A program made the position numbers and the translations under genes. A DNA stretch of 63,774 nucleotides, the filler included, from Intoshia linei (Eukaryota > Animalia > Orthonectida), in NCBI GenBank assembly GCA_001642005.1. It is 6 parts of 6 records of this genome, joined end to end, with 100 filler letters (N's around TTAATTAATTAA, not from the genome) between each part and the next. Parts side by side here need not be neighbours in the genome. Positions count along the whole stretch, not along the records: positions 1 to 28,421 come from LWCA01000414.1; 5 more parts are not named here. One strand, 5' to 3'. Below are positions 12,669 to 28,521 of the stretch, one piece after another (position 1 is the first letter of the stretch; every line of letters begins with the position of its first letter). The notes below the pieces were generated by a model. That model did no database searches, was not told the origin of the DNA, and worked only from the letters and a program-made list of their open reading frames with translations.

Positions 12669-14523
12669 TTACAGAGAAAATTCTTTGATAGATAATGGTG
12701 ATTTGAGCAAATTTAATTTGTCTCGAATTTTGGGATTGAGGTTTAATTTATATAGTGGCTTCTTTATTTCAAAATAATATACATATTTGATGCAATAATA
12801 ATTGTCTAAAAAAAATTAAAAACAGTAAGATAAAAAAATTACATTTGAATACATCGACATTAATAATTTCACACCATTTTTCAATTATGGCCAAAGTTTC
12901 TTTGGTAGATTTTTCTGTTTTTATTAGATAAAAGTAAAAAAAGTCATGGAGATACTCGATACCCTCTCTAAAAATAGTAATTATAATGTATTGTAAATCA
13001 CATTACCTTTGACCCATTTTAGCGTCTTTAATAGCCAATTCTTTGAAAATATTATAAATAGATATATTCAGATTGGTTCGTAAATACATAGAAGAAAATC
13101 TATAAAAGCAACTTTTCTCTTTGCATTTGAAACTAGAACATGTTGATATATCAATTAACTTAGCCAATGACATTTTATTGGCGTGATCGAATCCTTTATC
13201 TTGCAAAAACCAGTAAATATTTTTCTCTGGTGACCTGTGCGGGTGACGATTTTTAATAATTAGGTACGGTAGATTTGAAGCTTTCGCCACTCCAAACATA
13301 TTCTGGGATTTATTCAAAATTTTCTCAGCTAAATCTGGTAGATCATTATCAGAAATAACAATTTGGATTTTATTGATAAATTCTTGCGAATTTTTAGTAA
13401 CCTTTTCGCCAATGTTTTTGTACATTGGATTAATACCTTGTTGATAATTTGGTATATTGGCGTTAATAAAAGGAATAATGTCATGTTTTTTTATAGAATC
13501 ATTTTGAAATTTGTGTAGGTGTGTTCTAGCCAAATCAACAATGTTGAACGTAGCATATGACTTCATTTGAGCTGTAGGGTCTTGCAAGTTAGAATCTAAA
13601 TATAATGTAAACTCATTAGTTCTCCTTATATGTGTAAAACTATCGCACAATTCCAACTTTAAACTCAAGAAAGATGCAATTTGAATCAATACATTTGTTC
13701 CGTTTAATTGTATGAGTCTATTAAATTTTTTTAACAGTCCAATAAATACGTAACCGAATTTATCCATAGCATTTCTTAAAAATTCATCCTTGACGAGATT
13801 AGCATCACTAAACCAAAACTCCATTTGATAAATAATTTGAGAAATTTTTTTCTGTAGGCCCATGCTTGAGCACATGTATGCCAAAAGTTCAACATACTTT
13901 CGAGGCAATGATTGAGTTCCAGGGTACAAGTATGTAATATATGAAGAATCGACATGATAGCTACAAATTCCAGTTTCTTGGTAGGAACTATTATCAGGAC
14001 AAGAAATCAGATTAACCGATTGAACCAAGTGCAAAATCGAAGGATATATTGGATATATCTCTTTTACATCTTTAAGGTTAGTTAAATCAACTAATTCTGA
14101 TATTGAAAAGTTGGTAAGAATAGGATGAGGATAAATTATATTTGATTTGAAATTTTCGGGATCAAATTCCGAAATAGGAATTTGGGTGTTACTAATAGGA
14201 TCATTCGAACCATTTATCTGATTATTTTCTCCATTTAAAATACCATTTTGATTTATCTAAATATACAATTGATGTTTTCAAATAGGTTTTTATTAGATAA
14301 CATAAAAAAAACATTCAATGCTTAAAATATATTTTTAAATAAATGAAATAATCGGTACTAATAAAATTAATCAAAAAAATTGATGATTATTAATCCCATA
14401 TTCGTACACAAAAATTCCAAAATGCATACATTTCAATGTTAACCTATGTCAATTTATAATAAAAATAATAAAACACGTGCAATTTACAATGTAGAACAAA
14501 AAAATTACATTTGAATTTTCCAT
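12669..14523 (-). CDS. LARP1: La-related protein 1-like (La motif + DM15); 4 exons (14523-14509, 14256-13007, 12967-~12843, ~12786-12669)
   Basis: La motif QMEFWFSDANLVKDEFLRNAMDKFGYV...KKFNRL. DM15-like FYRFSSMYLRTNLNISIYNIFKELAIKDAKMGQR|EGIEYL. Exons join in phase by GT-AG introns. Confidence 0.85.
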
Positions 14524-15231
14524 TTTGTTTTGAATAGATAAAATTTATATAAGAGTAATTGGAATTTGATCAGCTATAGATTGCTTCAAATTATCAATTT
14601 GTAAGTATACTGGATAATTATTGAAGATGTATTATCGTGTATAGTTAGAATTGAAAACTTTATTGTAAAGAATACGTAAATTTATTTGATATTTTCATAA
14701 AATGAAAATGGATTATAATTGTGAACATAGGCGTTACCAAATAGTTGTATACAAGATACATTGAAGGCAACATAAGTCTTTGTTAATGTAGCACATACAC
14801 AAGTACAATTTTATTAACATATCTCCTTAGAAGTTTTTGACTACTAACAATTTTCTGTACTATCATTGTTCCCATTTGGCTAGTCGATAATATCCGCCTG
14901 AATTAGACTCAATGTTTTCAAATACGCATTGTTTGTTTCTAAGTGACATTAAATTATCATAATTACGGGCACTTAAATTTCATTTAATTTTTCATTGGGA
15001 TATTTTAAAACAAAAAGATTTAGTTTATTTCACTGCAACACAATTTTGACTAATAAAAGTGCCAAGTCTTTGTCGCTTTTGTCAAGTTAACCTTAGTCAA
15101 AATTTTGAATCAAAATACACAAACTACTACAATTATTTGGTAGCTTTTTACACACTGAAACAATACATACCATCAGGCCCATTCATTATTTTATTGCAAT
15201 AATATTGCAAAAAAAATTTGCAAAATAAAGT

Positions 15232-15950
15232 ACAGTTAATTCTTCAAAAATGAACATCAAAATATTAAATTAAAAAAAATGTTCAATATAGAAGAAATGA
15301 ACAAATTTTATTAACATAAATATAATTAATATCAAAATTTTTTATTAATATCTGATCAAAAATGTAAATTTTTTAGACGGTTTATTTGTTTACACCCTTT
15401 ATAATTAAGAGTTTTGTTTAAAATAGAGACCTGTTTCATCATAATTAAAATATTTTTCTTGTTACAAATTGTAACTTACAATTTTTTGCATATTTTTTCA
15501 AAATCTTCCTTAAACTAGTCAAGCAAATTAGTATCAATAAAAATTTCATCACCTTTTAGTGATTAGTAATCAAATTATTATTTTATAGTGTGTTTTTTTT
15601 AAAATTATCGAACCACTTAGTAGACGCCGTATAATTTTCTTTACCAATTTCCCCATTCTTTCGGTGTTGCTTACCTAACATCTTCATTATTGATTATAAA
15701 GTTTAGACTCCGCTCGTGTGAAAATATTCATTTAATATAATTCTATATATAAATGAATTTTTCTTAAGTTTCTTGTTTTTATCGAGTATACATTTCATTC
15801 ATTGATTTCTCAACTTATTTACCATATTTAAGAAATTAAACTATACCAACTGCAATTTTATATTATCTGCAAGTTTTCTTTGGGTGTTTTAATATATCTT
15901 GATTTCACGTGATAATATTCTAATATTTTATTTTTTTCTTCATGATGATT
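15232..15950 (-). mobile_element. Decayed pogo/Tigger-like transposase
   Basis: Minus-strand remnants YTASTKWFDNFKK (CENP-B-type HTH end) and FNYDETGLYFK (first DDE aspartate motif), interrupted by stops. Boundaries approximate. Confidence 0.7.
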
Positions 15951-15967
15951 AATAATTATTATATATG

Positions 15968-16297
15968 ATTAGCCTGGCAGTTTTGTACTACGTACAAACA
16001 GCACCTAGCTCTGCCGAGGGCACTCCTTTATTATACCAAAAAAATAAATTAATGTTGAAAATCTAACTTAAAAATCCTACTATAAACTATTATCAATCCT
16101 TTAAAAGAGTGGTTCCCAAATTTGTTTTAGGCGGAACCATCATATCACATTACTTTTTACTTTAAAGTAAATTATTCCATCTTAATTTTGTTTTGTTAAC
16201 ATTTGCGTAAAGAATTTTACTAAAAATTGTTATCCCATTTTTTTAATTTATTAGACAGAATGTGTGTATAATATTTAAAAATAAAGTAAAAACAGTC
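15968..16297 (-). mobile_element. Helitron 3' block carrying an internal hAT-MITE terminus
   Basis: Reverse complement of 52367-52717 over ~330 bp. Contains tttgggaaccactc followed by the gccctcggcagagctaggtgctgtttgtacgtagtacaaaac hairpin end. Confidence 0.75.
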
Positions 16298-16659
16298 CAA
16301 TCCTAAAAATTGTCATAAATAGCATAAATTCCAAAAAAATAAAATTAAGTTTAATCCTAAAAATTGTCATAAATAGCATAAATTCCAGAAAAAATAAAAT
16401 TATAAACTATTTTGTTATTTTGAGTGTGATGACATATATTCAGTATCAATTTAATAAATACTTAAAAATACTCATTGTGTATCAATAATTAATTGAATCT
16501 TCACTTTATAAATATTTCCGTCGAATTTTATCATTAGTGCAAAGGATTGTAATATAAAAATAATTGATGTTAAAAATTTGTTCATACTTTGGCCTTTTTT
16601 CTTGTAAATATTACTTTTCTTTTAAACATTTTCAAATTAAGTTAGTATCAAAACTATAT

Positions 16660-17010
16660 ACTATATACGCTGATACAAATTTTAAAATCATAAACATTAT
16701 CATAAAGTTAAATTTAAAAAAATTTTATCTTCAGGACCAAAACCCCAAATTACCCTTTTTATTTAATGAAAACAACCCTAGAATTTAAAAAATTTACAGG
16801 TGGTACAGTTGTATCCTGTTAACACACACAAAAAATTGAATCCGAATAAATGTTGACTTCACGATAAAAAAAACATTTTAGTATTCATATATTTTTTTTC
16901 CCAAATATTTAATTAAAACAAAAAATGTAAAATAATTAACGGTCCGAAAATTAAAAAAATTAAGATTATTCTAATAGAGCTTATTCCAGTTGATAAAATA
17001 CAAAATTTCA
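16660..17010 (+). mobile_element. Internal fragment of the main non-autonomous Helitron family
   Basis: Closely similar to ~35400-35725 and ~50865-51110 (tatacgctgat...aaaatcataaacattatca...aattaacggtcc). Confidence 0.75.
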
Positions 17011-17480
17011 ATCCCTGAAATCTACGCATTCCCGGTGAAAAATAATTTTGAATAATTCCATACAAATACTTCTACGAAAATTAAAATATATATTTTAAAT
17101 TGCCGTGAATAAAATGTGATTTAAACTTTTCAATTTGAAGTAAAATGATATATTGTATTATGATCACATGGATTACTACAAAATATATCAGAATGGGCAA
17201 AAGAAGCATTTGCAAAAATTCTTATAAAAATTGAAAGTAAAAACATTTTTCTCTTTTGACATAATCATTTATTTTGAAATTCCAACATAAGTAAATTGTA
17301 TATTAATTTTATCAGATAATTATGATAAATGAAATACATGTCTGTTAGAGAAATGAAATTTTATACCCTATTATTTATCTTTTATAATATAGTTAAAGTT
17401 AATCAATAAAAATATAATTTTTACATCAAAATGAAATAATTAAATTGTTTATTTTACAAATATAAAAGTTCTACCGAATC

Positions 17481-19961
<2,481 letters not shown>

Positions 19962-21048
19962 AAAATTAATAAAGTTTATTTTTTTATGAATAAAATAAAT
20001 TAAGGTAAAATTCTGTACAAGATTTTTTTGTATGGTAAAGTAACATAATCGTGGGTATAACTCATAAAAGTGAAGTTATAAATACATTCAGCAACGAGAT
20101 AATGATATTAAGTACTAGCATTAACTTCAATAGCTTACTACTAGAAACTTATATACCAAACATATAATTGCTCTATCGTTACTTGTAACTATTTTTGTAG
20201 TGTTGTACCAGTTAGTTGTTTAGTTGTCATAGAGTTGATAGAGCGAGTTGTCGCTCACTTTATAATTTTGTATTAGATATTTCACGTGAATTGTCTTGAA
20301 ATTATTGATAAAGTTTCGCTGATAAATCTAGAGATCTTCAAACCTTAGAAAATTACAATTTTATTATAACAAAACATAATTGAAATGGTTAAGATATTAT
20401 GACAATTTTTTATGATGGTACTGTTTTTACTTTATTTTTAAAATTATACACTCATTATCTCTATTACATTAAAAAGATGGGATCACAAAATAAAAGTAAG
20501 TGACAATAATTTACTTCAAATTAACCCTTACCAGACAATTACATGTATAGATGCCAAAAACTACACTCACCCTTCGGCTTCATGCATTCTGCCAAACTCG
20601 TAATGTAAAGTGAAAATTATAAGCTATGGCATGTAATTTTTTTTACTATTTAGTCTATTGAATCAAAATTTCAATTTTTGGCATGTTGAAATATATAAAT
20701 AATTTATTTTCAAAAACTTTATTATTTAACGATATTATATTATGGATTATTCTATACACCAGGCATTCTCAACCTTTTTTCGCTGTGGACCCCCAAAAAT
20801 ATTAATAATAATTACAATTTTTAATGAATCATTACATTTTGGTGAAACGAATGATGGCCAAATGAGATAAAGTACTCTAATTTCTCGAGATGATAAAGTT
20901 GATGAACTATTAATATTAACCCATTAGTGACCGACACCCTTTATACTTGGTCAAACATTATGATTTTCGAAATGTGTTATTTAAATATGCACATTTAAAT
21001 AAGTGCAAAATTTCTAAGGTTTTAAAATACTAGAAGTGGGTAAACTGG

Positions 21049-22071
21049 CAATGACTACATATGTAGTCATTGGCCGCTAACCGAAAAACAACATTAATAA
21101 GTCGATAATTTGATAAATGACTTTAGTTATATATCTTGATATTCATTATGACTAGGGAAAACTTTTTCTAACCTATAAAATCGTAACAATATATTATTAT
21201 TATTATTAAATATTTTATGTTATCAACAAAATGTAAATTTCTTTTTATATCCCGAAATCTAGTTCTAGACATTGTTTGTCCAAAAATAGGACATTCCATG
21301 TCAGTTCCCTTTGAAAAATATAGTTGTTCAGATGACCTTTGATTGTACCCAGTCAATAAAATCAGACCGAAAAAATTTAGTAATTCTGATAAATTAGTTT
21401 TATAGTTTTGTCTATTTTTTGTTTTGCATATATATTCGTTTCCTTAAAAAAAACTTGCAGTATGGATTTAAAACCATCCGTAAATATACCAAACTCATTA
21501 AATTTTACTAAATTTGGATGTGAATCCAAAAATACCGTTTAAATTTCCAATTTTAAATTTTTTAATTAATTTAAGATTTCAATCTTTCCTTCTTAATTTT
21601 GATACTATTAATTCAACGTATTCTAATTCATCATCTAGTATCTCCAATTGCCCAGCCACATTATTTAGAATACTGTCTTCGAGTAAATTGCATTCTTCGA
21701 TTTCTTCTAAATCGGAATCATAACTTCCTTGTGGTGGACCAACCATTATTATATCAGTTAATAAATCTGGGTCTACATTTTCAATGACATCATTTAAAGT
21801 GTTTAAACGAGGCATGCTGTGAAAGGTTGATAATTTATAATTAAAATAAAATAAACTTATTAAATTTTATTAAGTCTAATATGTTGTTCTTTAAAATACG
21901 AATTAATATTTAAATCTACTTAGAAATTGAATATAGATTAATAAATATTTATATATTTTCAGTTAATTAAATTAGTTAATACACATAAATATGTTTAGTT
22001 AGTCAATTTCTAGATAAAATTATCATATTAAACTTGTTTGCCAGTTAGCTGCCAATGACTACATATGTAAC
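21049..22071 (-). mobile_element. Decayed piggyBac-like element
   Basis: TGYNQRSSEQLYFS...PIFGQTMSRTRFRDIKRNLHFVDN and an acidic N-terminal ORF (21579-21815). Flanked by an inverted repeat pair at 21049-21081 and 22044-22071. TTAACCC-type ends lie nearby (~20521, ~20917). Confidence 0.75.
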
Positions 22072-22525
22072 TACAAACGAACAGTAAAGATAGTGTTATT
22101 ATAATAGTGATATATCAGAAAATAACATTGCACATTCCGTGGTGCCAATATTAATACTGTAGTTCTAATTATTCCTACCTTATTCATACCTAATGAGTAC
22201 TGTCCTACAAGAAGTATGTACAAAAATATCAATTATTTACACATTGATTAATTGTTATTATACACATCATACATGTAGTATTTCGCTAAAATTTGAATAA
22301 TTATATTGAGCATATGCTTTTTATGATCAATGAAAGGACTTATTTTTGTAAACAACGAAAACGAGAATAACTTTAATCAATTCAAATATATGGAAACTTT
22401 GGTAAATATTGAATGTATTCTAACACCAGTAAACGTATATAATTATCTTGTGAAATACTTTATTAATTAAATTGCTATTGGTAATTTAACTAAATTATAT
22501 CTACATTGTGTTAAGGTATTCTAAA

Positions 22526-23667
22526 ATGTTCATATGCGATGGAATTGGCTTGGTTTGATTTTTTTGCATTAATAATTTCTTTTAGTTATGTTTTGTTATG
22601 ACATATGCCGCTCTAGGTTACGCTGAATATGTAGTTTTGATTGTGATTTTATGGAAACATTACCCCAACAGGTAAATTGATGAAAATTAAAATGAAAATT
22701 ATGTAGTTGGATATTCGTGATAAATTCAGTGCTATATTCGATACTTGCCATTTTTGCTACCGTTTCACACATACGGAGCGTAACATCTAACCCTGGTTAT
22801 ATAGATCTAAGACCAACACATTCTCCACCCGAAGGAGTACTATATGCATTATATATAATTAATAATATAGAAGGATTGGTCTTGTTGCAACTATTGTACA
22901 GTTCATAGACCTCCAAGTGCTCACCACTGTAGGGTATGCAAAAGATGCGGTATGTTTTATATAAAAATATACAATTTTGACTAGTACTACGAATGGATCA
23001 CCATTGTCCTTGGTATGCTTATATTTATACTTATTTTGATAACATTCAGGATTAACAACTGCGTCGGCATGTATAACCAAAGATTTTTTATTCAATTCCT
23101 TTTTTACATTGGTAATATAATATATTAATTATTATAAAGATAAAATAGGCTGTCTTTCTATATACAGTTTAATTTTAATTTCATCAACTTGGTCAAAAAT
23201 TGGAACCAATGATGCGTAATATTTTTTTAAATATAAATAAAAATGTTATAAGATTCACCATGATACATTATGTAATACTAATCATTGAATCATTGCTATT
23301 CGGATCCTTTATATTAGCAATTGGATTTGATCAGGTTTATATTTAGTTTTTTTTATTAAATTTTAGTTTTCCGCTGTACGATATTCTACAACTTACATTG
23401 ACAGTAATTTTTAAAATTTAATATTATATTGCCATCAAACTGGGGGTTGAATTTATCATTTTTTAAGGATCGTGATATATTTGAAATGTAATCATACTTG
23501 ATAGGATTACAAGGAAACATTGGCGTACGACAATCAACATGCCAGGCATTAGAAAGCGTATTCGGAACACGTAATAATGTTTACGTATATATGCATATTT
23601 AATTTTAGCTTCGAAAATGCTATGGCTAATACCTTGCGCTTTGAAACCAATAAATCATAACTATTAA
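22526..23667 (+). CDS. DHHC palmitoyltransferase, ZDHHC3/7-like; 11 exons
   Basis: Fully spliceable in frame: MFICDGIGL...SHIRSVTSNPG...[50 protein letters not shown]...LWLIPCALKPINHNY*. Confidence 0.92.
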
Positions 23668-23721
23668 TCCATACATTTATTAAATTCGTTAAAATAAATT
23701 TTTAATTTGTATAATTCACAT

Positions 23722-26149
23722 TTAACTGTACAATATAACTTTGCCATTAAAACAACCGGCAAAAATCCATGGGGCGGTTTTGTGAAATTGACAAGCTTTT
23801 ACTTTGGATTCAGCATGTATCACTTTAAGTGGAATAATAATTGGTTCTGAGTAATCATTTGGGGAAACTTTAGAATGATAAATTATGACTGATCCATCAT
23901 CAGATCCAGATGCCATCAATGGTCTCTTTTGGTGCAAATGAATAGACCGAACAGACCTTTTATGCACTCTCAATGTCCTAAACGGCTTCGTAGACACTTC
24001 ACAATCCAACCAGCTAATTTTTTTATCTAAACCGCATACTGCCACATGGTTTCCTATAAATAAAATTAAAGACGAATCAGATATATACCGTTGGCGTGAA
24101 CTGAAAATGCGCAAGTCCATTTCAAATTAGTGGAATATCTTTTCAAAAAAGATTGAGTTTTCATATTAAACATGTAAACAAAACGTCGCGATGAAGCAAT
24201 CAAAATAGGCTTATTAGGGTGAAATTTTGCAGATATTATAGTAGCCTTTATTTTATTAAACGGCAATTGTGATTTTAAACCGCTTAGTCGATGAATAACG
24301 GTAGCTTTTGATCGTTCGCTTGTTTTGCAGACACTGAGAAAATAGTCTCCATTTCTGTGAAAATCTACATCCAGCAACACCTAATAAACAATAAAATTTG
24401 TTAAGTTTAACTTAAATTAGAGGTGAATTATTTTTTGAAAAATTTACAGTACACTTTTTAATTAAAATACAGTATTCTCACCATTAATTTAAAATATAAA
24501 CTAAAAGTTTTAAAACCATTTTTCAAAATAAGTTATTTTGTATTACAATTTATATTTTATTGCAATTGAACCTTTAATTTAAAGGTTTTATCTGTTTCTA
24601 TAGTTTTAAAATTCCCTATCTCGCCAATTTTTTCTAAATCCCAAGAATGGCGAGTTTTATAGAGAATACTATTATTTATCTAGTGAACAAATTAAGTTTA
24701 AGTTTAATGAAAACCTAATAAACTTAATTTTTCAAAAATAATTTTGATCCAACCTTGGTTTTCAAAAAATAAAAATTACCACTTCATTAACAGTAACCAC
24801 AATACACTGAACTTCAAAAGTACACTCATTGCATGAATGTGTTATATCTTTCAAGGTCCACAAATACCCATTCAAAAATTCGTAATTGTCAATATTTGAC
24901 TTTGCATCATTAATAAATTGTTTAGTTTCTTGAATAATTGCATTATCAGCAAATGAATGGCTGATAAGATATATACAAGATTGTCTAAAATAGTATAAAA
25001 CCAAGAAATATAAATAATTACGTTGAAATGAGAATAATAGATTTTACAGGGTTCCATTTAATAGCTGAAATTTGTTCTGATTTTGTGAGACTCAAGTTTA
25101 GAGTTAAGCAGCAACGACTAGTTATAATATCCCAAATCTTAACGGTCCCATTACTAGAACCAGAAGCTAACCATTGACCACAAGGTGAAATAGAAACTGT
25201 AGTGACATCAATAATATGACCGATATATTCAATTGCTAAACGATGTGGGAAAGGTCTTAAACTGCTAATAGGTGGTAATTTCGGAAGTAAACTGTCTGCA
25301 TTAAATGTTTTTGGTATAATAAGCTGACGTTTTCGAGAATATAAATATAAACTGTTACATCTCTCGAAACGAGCTTTAACAAGTTTATCATAATTTGAAT
25401 TTTGATGTCTAAGACATTTTGGATATTGTATGTTTGGGTCTTGAAATTCTGATGGAGGTCTATATGAATCAGCATGAGTTGGTGGATCTAATGGAGGAGC
25501 AGGTAATCTGTCTCTAGATTTAGCTGCCACAGAATTATCATCAGACCACAATAGTGTAGGTTTAACATCCAATAAACACCAGTTGTTTATTTTACCTTTA
25601 GTTATTTTGGCACGTTCTGATTCTAATTGAACTGTAGTTTTAATTTTTCCAGTTTTTATAGCATGTACCAATTTAGACACCTTAATACTTTCCCATTTAG
25701 GAGGGGTAAAATGTGATTTTGGTGGGTAAGCTGCGAATAATGAAGTTTTGAAGGTTTCATGAGAAAAAATATCTACCCAAGGCTAAATTTAATTATAATA
25801 TAATGTTTCAATGTATAATTACTTGATATGGGTTATATCCTGGCACAAATTGATTTGAAGCAATATTTTTAATTAAATTGCAATCATTTCTAGATAAAAC
25901 CACATCACTAGATGTAAGTTCACTTTTTATAGTTCGATTATAATCAGGATCATCAGATTTTTTCAAATATTGATCAATAATATTTAGAGATTTTGGTTTA
26001 AATATTTTTGAACCAGAAAAATCATAACCTATGTGAGGCAAATCTCTGTACCACGATATAGGTACATTTCCTATTGTCGTTTTGATATCCTATTTTTAAA
26101 CGATTAATTATACACTAAAGTGCAATATTACTGCTTCGTCGTCACTCAT
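23722..26149 (-). CDS. BOP1: Ribosome biogenesis protein BOP1/Erb1 (WD40)
   Basis: MSDDEA|DIKTTIGNVPISWYRDLPHIGYDFSG, LPAPPLDPPTHADSYRPPSEF, RFERCNSLYL, LLPKLPPISSLRPFP, and WD40 repeats (GQWLASGSSNGTVKIWD, LMASGSDDGSV). Confidence 0.95.
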
Positions 26150-26338
26150 TTTATCTATACCGCACTTATTGTGCATTTCCATATTCATGTCCATGAGTGA
26201 TATTGAATTTTTACCATGCATATTATTTTTTCAATATGAACTTTTCATATTATTTATAATTAGAGCTTCCATTTATACAATAGTTTCCAAATTTGTATTT
26301 TTTCGCAAAAATAAAAAAAATGCTTAAAATTTAATTAA

Positions 26339-26490
26339 TTATTTTTGTCCATCAAATAATCCTAAATCGACTAGGTCCAGTCTTCTTGGATGAAGTATTG
26401 CAAATTCATTAACCAAACTTTCAATATTAAAATTATAGTTATAGTAGCAATTCATAAGGTTCAATTTCTGCTGATTCAGTATCGTACCTT
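26339..26490 (-). mobile_element. hAT C-terminal dimerisation-domain remnant
   Basis: TILNQQKLNL...NIESLVNEFAILHPRRLDL resembles hAT C-termini (STMxQERL...VIDEFAxxHPRR). Confidence 0.45.
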
Positions 26491-28181
26491 TTTAATAATT
26501 GGAATTGTATCCTTTCATGAGTTATGTTTCTCGGTTTTCCAAGATAATATCACCTTTTTATGAAATACATAACTTTTTACGTCAACAGTGGAAAGTCTAT
26601 ATCTAGCTTCTTTTCCCACGGATAATTTTAACAACCCAATCTTTTATACATCATCCGGTTTATCAATCTCCAAAGACAACATAATTTCAAATTGCGCCAT
26701 CCCATCTTCCACTTCTGGAATCAACTTTCCATAACTGTCGAATAGACTAGGCAACATTGGAAAATTTTTGCATCTTTAAAATTGTAATGTAATGTTTAGA
26801 TAAGGAATATTCTGAAATATAAATTCTATATTTAAAATATTACAATTTTAAGTCGATAATATAATAAAATGATATACGGTTACTTTAGTTACAATAAATG
26901 TAAACATTTACAATGAATATTGTAGCAATATTACTTGTATGAAGGAACTGATATAAGGTTATACAAGATGGTGTTCGAAGAATTTAATATTAATTATACA
27001 CTAACTTTATGTTTATATTATATTACACTATAGTGATTAACACTACAACACTATAACACTACAAATATTACAGTGTACCGGAATGTAATCTACCAAAAAT
27101 ATGCAATTGTTGTCTATGTTTCTTAAAGAAAATATAATTATTCCTCAATACCTCCATTGAATGAACAAACAAAGTGGTCGAACGTGGAATACACAGAGTC
27201 CAATGCCTCCCTGAAATGGCGTCAGTATATTGATGATAAAATACTAAATGAAAGTGTTAATCATCTTAAAAATTATAATAAATTTAATAATTAATACTCA
27301 AAATAAAGTTAATTTCAAATTAAAACAGGTAATTTTAAATCGCTGAGTAGTCCGATGTTTTTGCAATAATATAAAAAACTAAAATCATAGAGGTTAATTT
27401 TAACTCATTTCTCATGCCGTACGACCCTGGATTTTTGGTTTTAGAAAAATGTTATCACCTTATTATATATAGTATATTAAATTTATAACATCTATTATTA
27501 TCTGATTTAAAATACAAATTGAGTAATACGGCGTATTAAATACTCAATGATTTCGATACATATTAAAATGGTTTACAAAGGTGATGCTAGGAAAAATTTT
27601 ATAATGCGGCCTGCCACGTATTTAAGTTTGACATGACTGATATACAGCGAAATAATATAATATTTACAAATTAAATATTGAAAATTTATATTTAAATGAA
27701 AATGGTTGTCAATTAGGAGGTAAATTTTATAATTTAATTACGGTATATGTTTGATTTGTTATGTTATTCTATATAATAATTAAATCAAGTATAAGTTCAA
27801 ATAGTCAAAATTGCACAGATTAATTAGAAAATGACAACGAGTATCATCATATCAATATTATTTAAATAATTAATTAGTATCTTATAAAGTCATACAAGTA
27901 CAAAAGGTAAGAATTTAAAAATAACTACAAAAAGATAGAATTGTTTCTAAAAAATCAAAATTAAGGTTAGTTAATTACATTAAACTGTATTTTGTATTAA
28001 ATAACATCAAGTTCAAAAAGGCAGAAAACTACTGATTTAGTGTGTATTATTTCTAATTATTATATTTTATTATTATTATTTTAATGGTTGGTTGAGGTAA
28101 ACTTTTATATCTAAGAAATTCAGAATTTATACGTCCGAAAAATTTACCATAATAATAATATAACGTACAATGTATGTATAA

Positions 28182-28421
28182 TAGGGTGTTTCAAAAAGTA
28201 GAAATTTTGCGAGTTTCTTGTTGAGATAAAAAAAATTAAGCTAGTATTCATATTTAAACTACTATGTGAGTTCAATTTTCACACCAAAAAATTTCTGGTT
28301 TAGTTGCGCAAAGAAAAAGAAATTTTTAATAAAAAAATATTGGAAATTACTTTATTAACAAATATGATTATCATATTTTCGTAAAATTTATATTTAAAAA
28401 TTGTAGATTACTATGTAAAAA
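28182..28421 (+). mobile_element. hATm-like element end (TAGGGTG terminus), cut by a gap
   Basis: tagggtgtttc start and ~130 bp of similarity to 41948-42065. Confidence 0.55.
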
Positions 28422-28521
28422 NNNNNNNNNNNNNNNNNNNNNNNNNNNNNNNNNNNNNNNNNNNNTTAATTAATTAANNNNNNNNNNNNNNNNNNNNNNN
28501 NNNNNNNNNNNNNNNNNNNNN
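28422..28521. other. Assembly gap with artificial TTAATTAATTAA linker (also at ~42789-42888, 52718-52817, 61173-61272, 62493-62592)
   Basis: An identical 12-mer, with stops in all six frames, is centred in five ~100-nt N blocks. Confidence 0.97.

Noticed and set aside
16298-16400. Local ~45-bp direct duplication
   Set aside because: Ordinary slippage duplication beside a transposon fragment.
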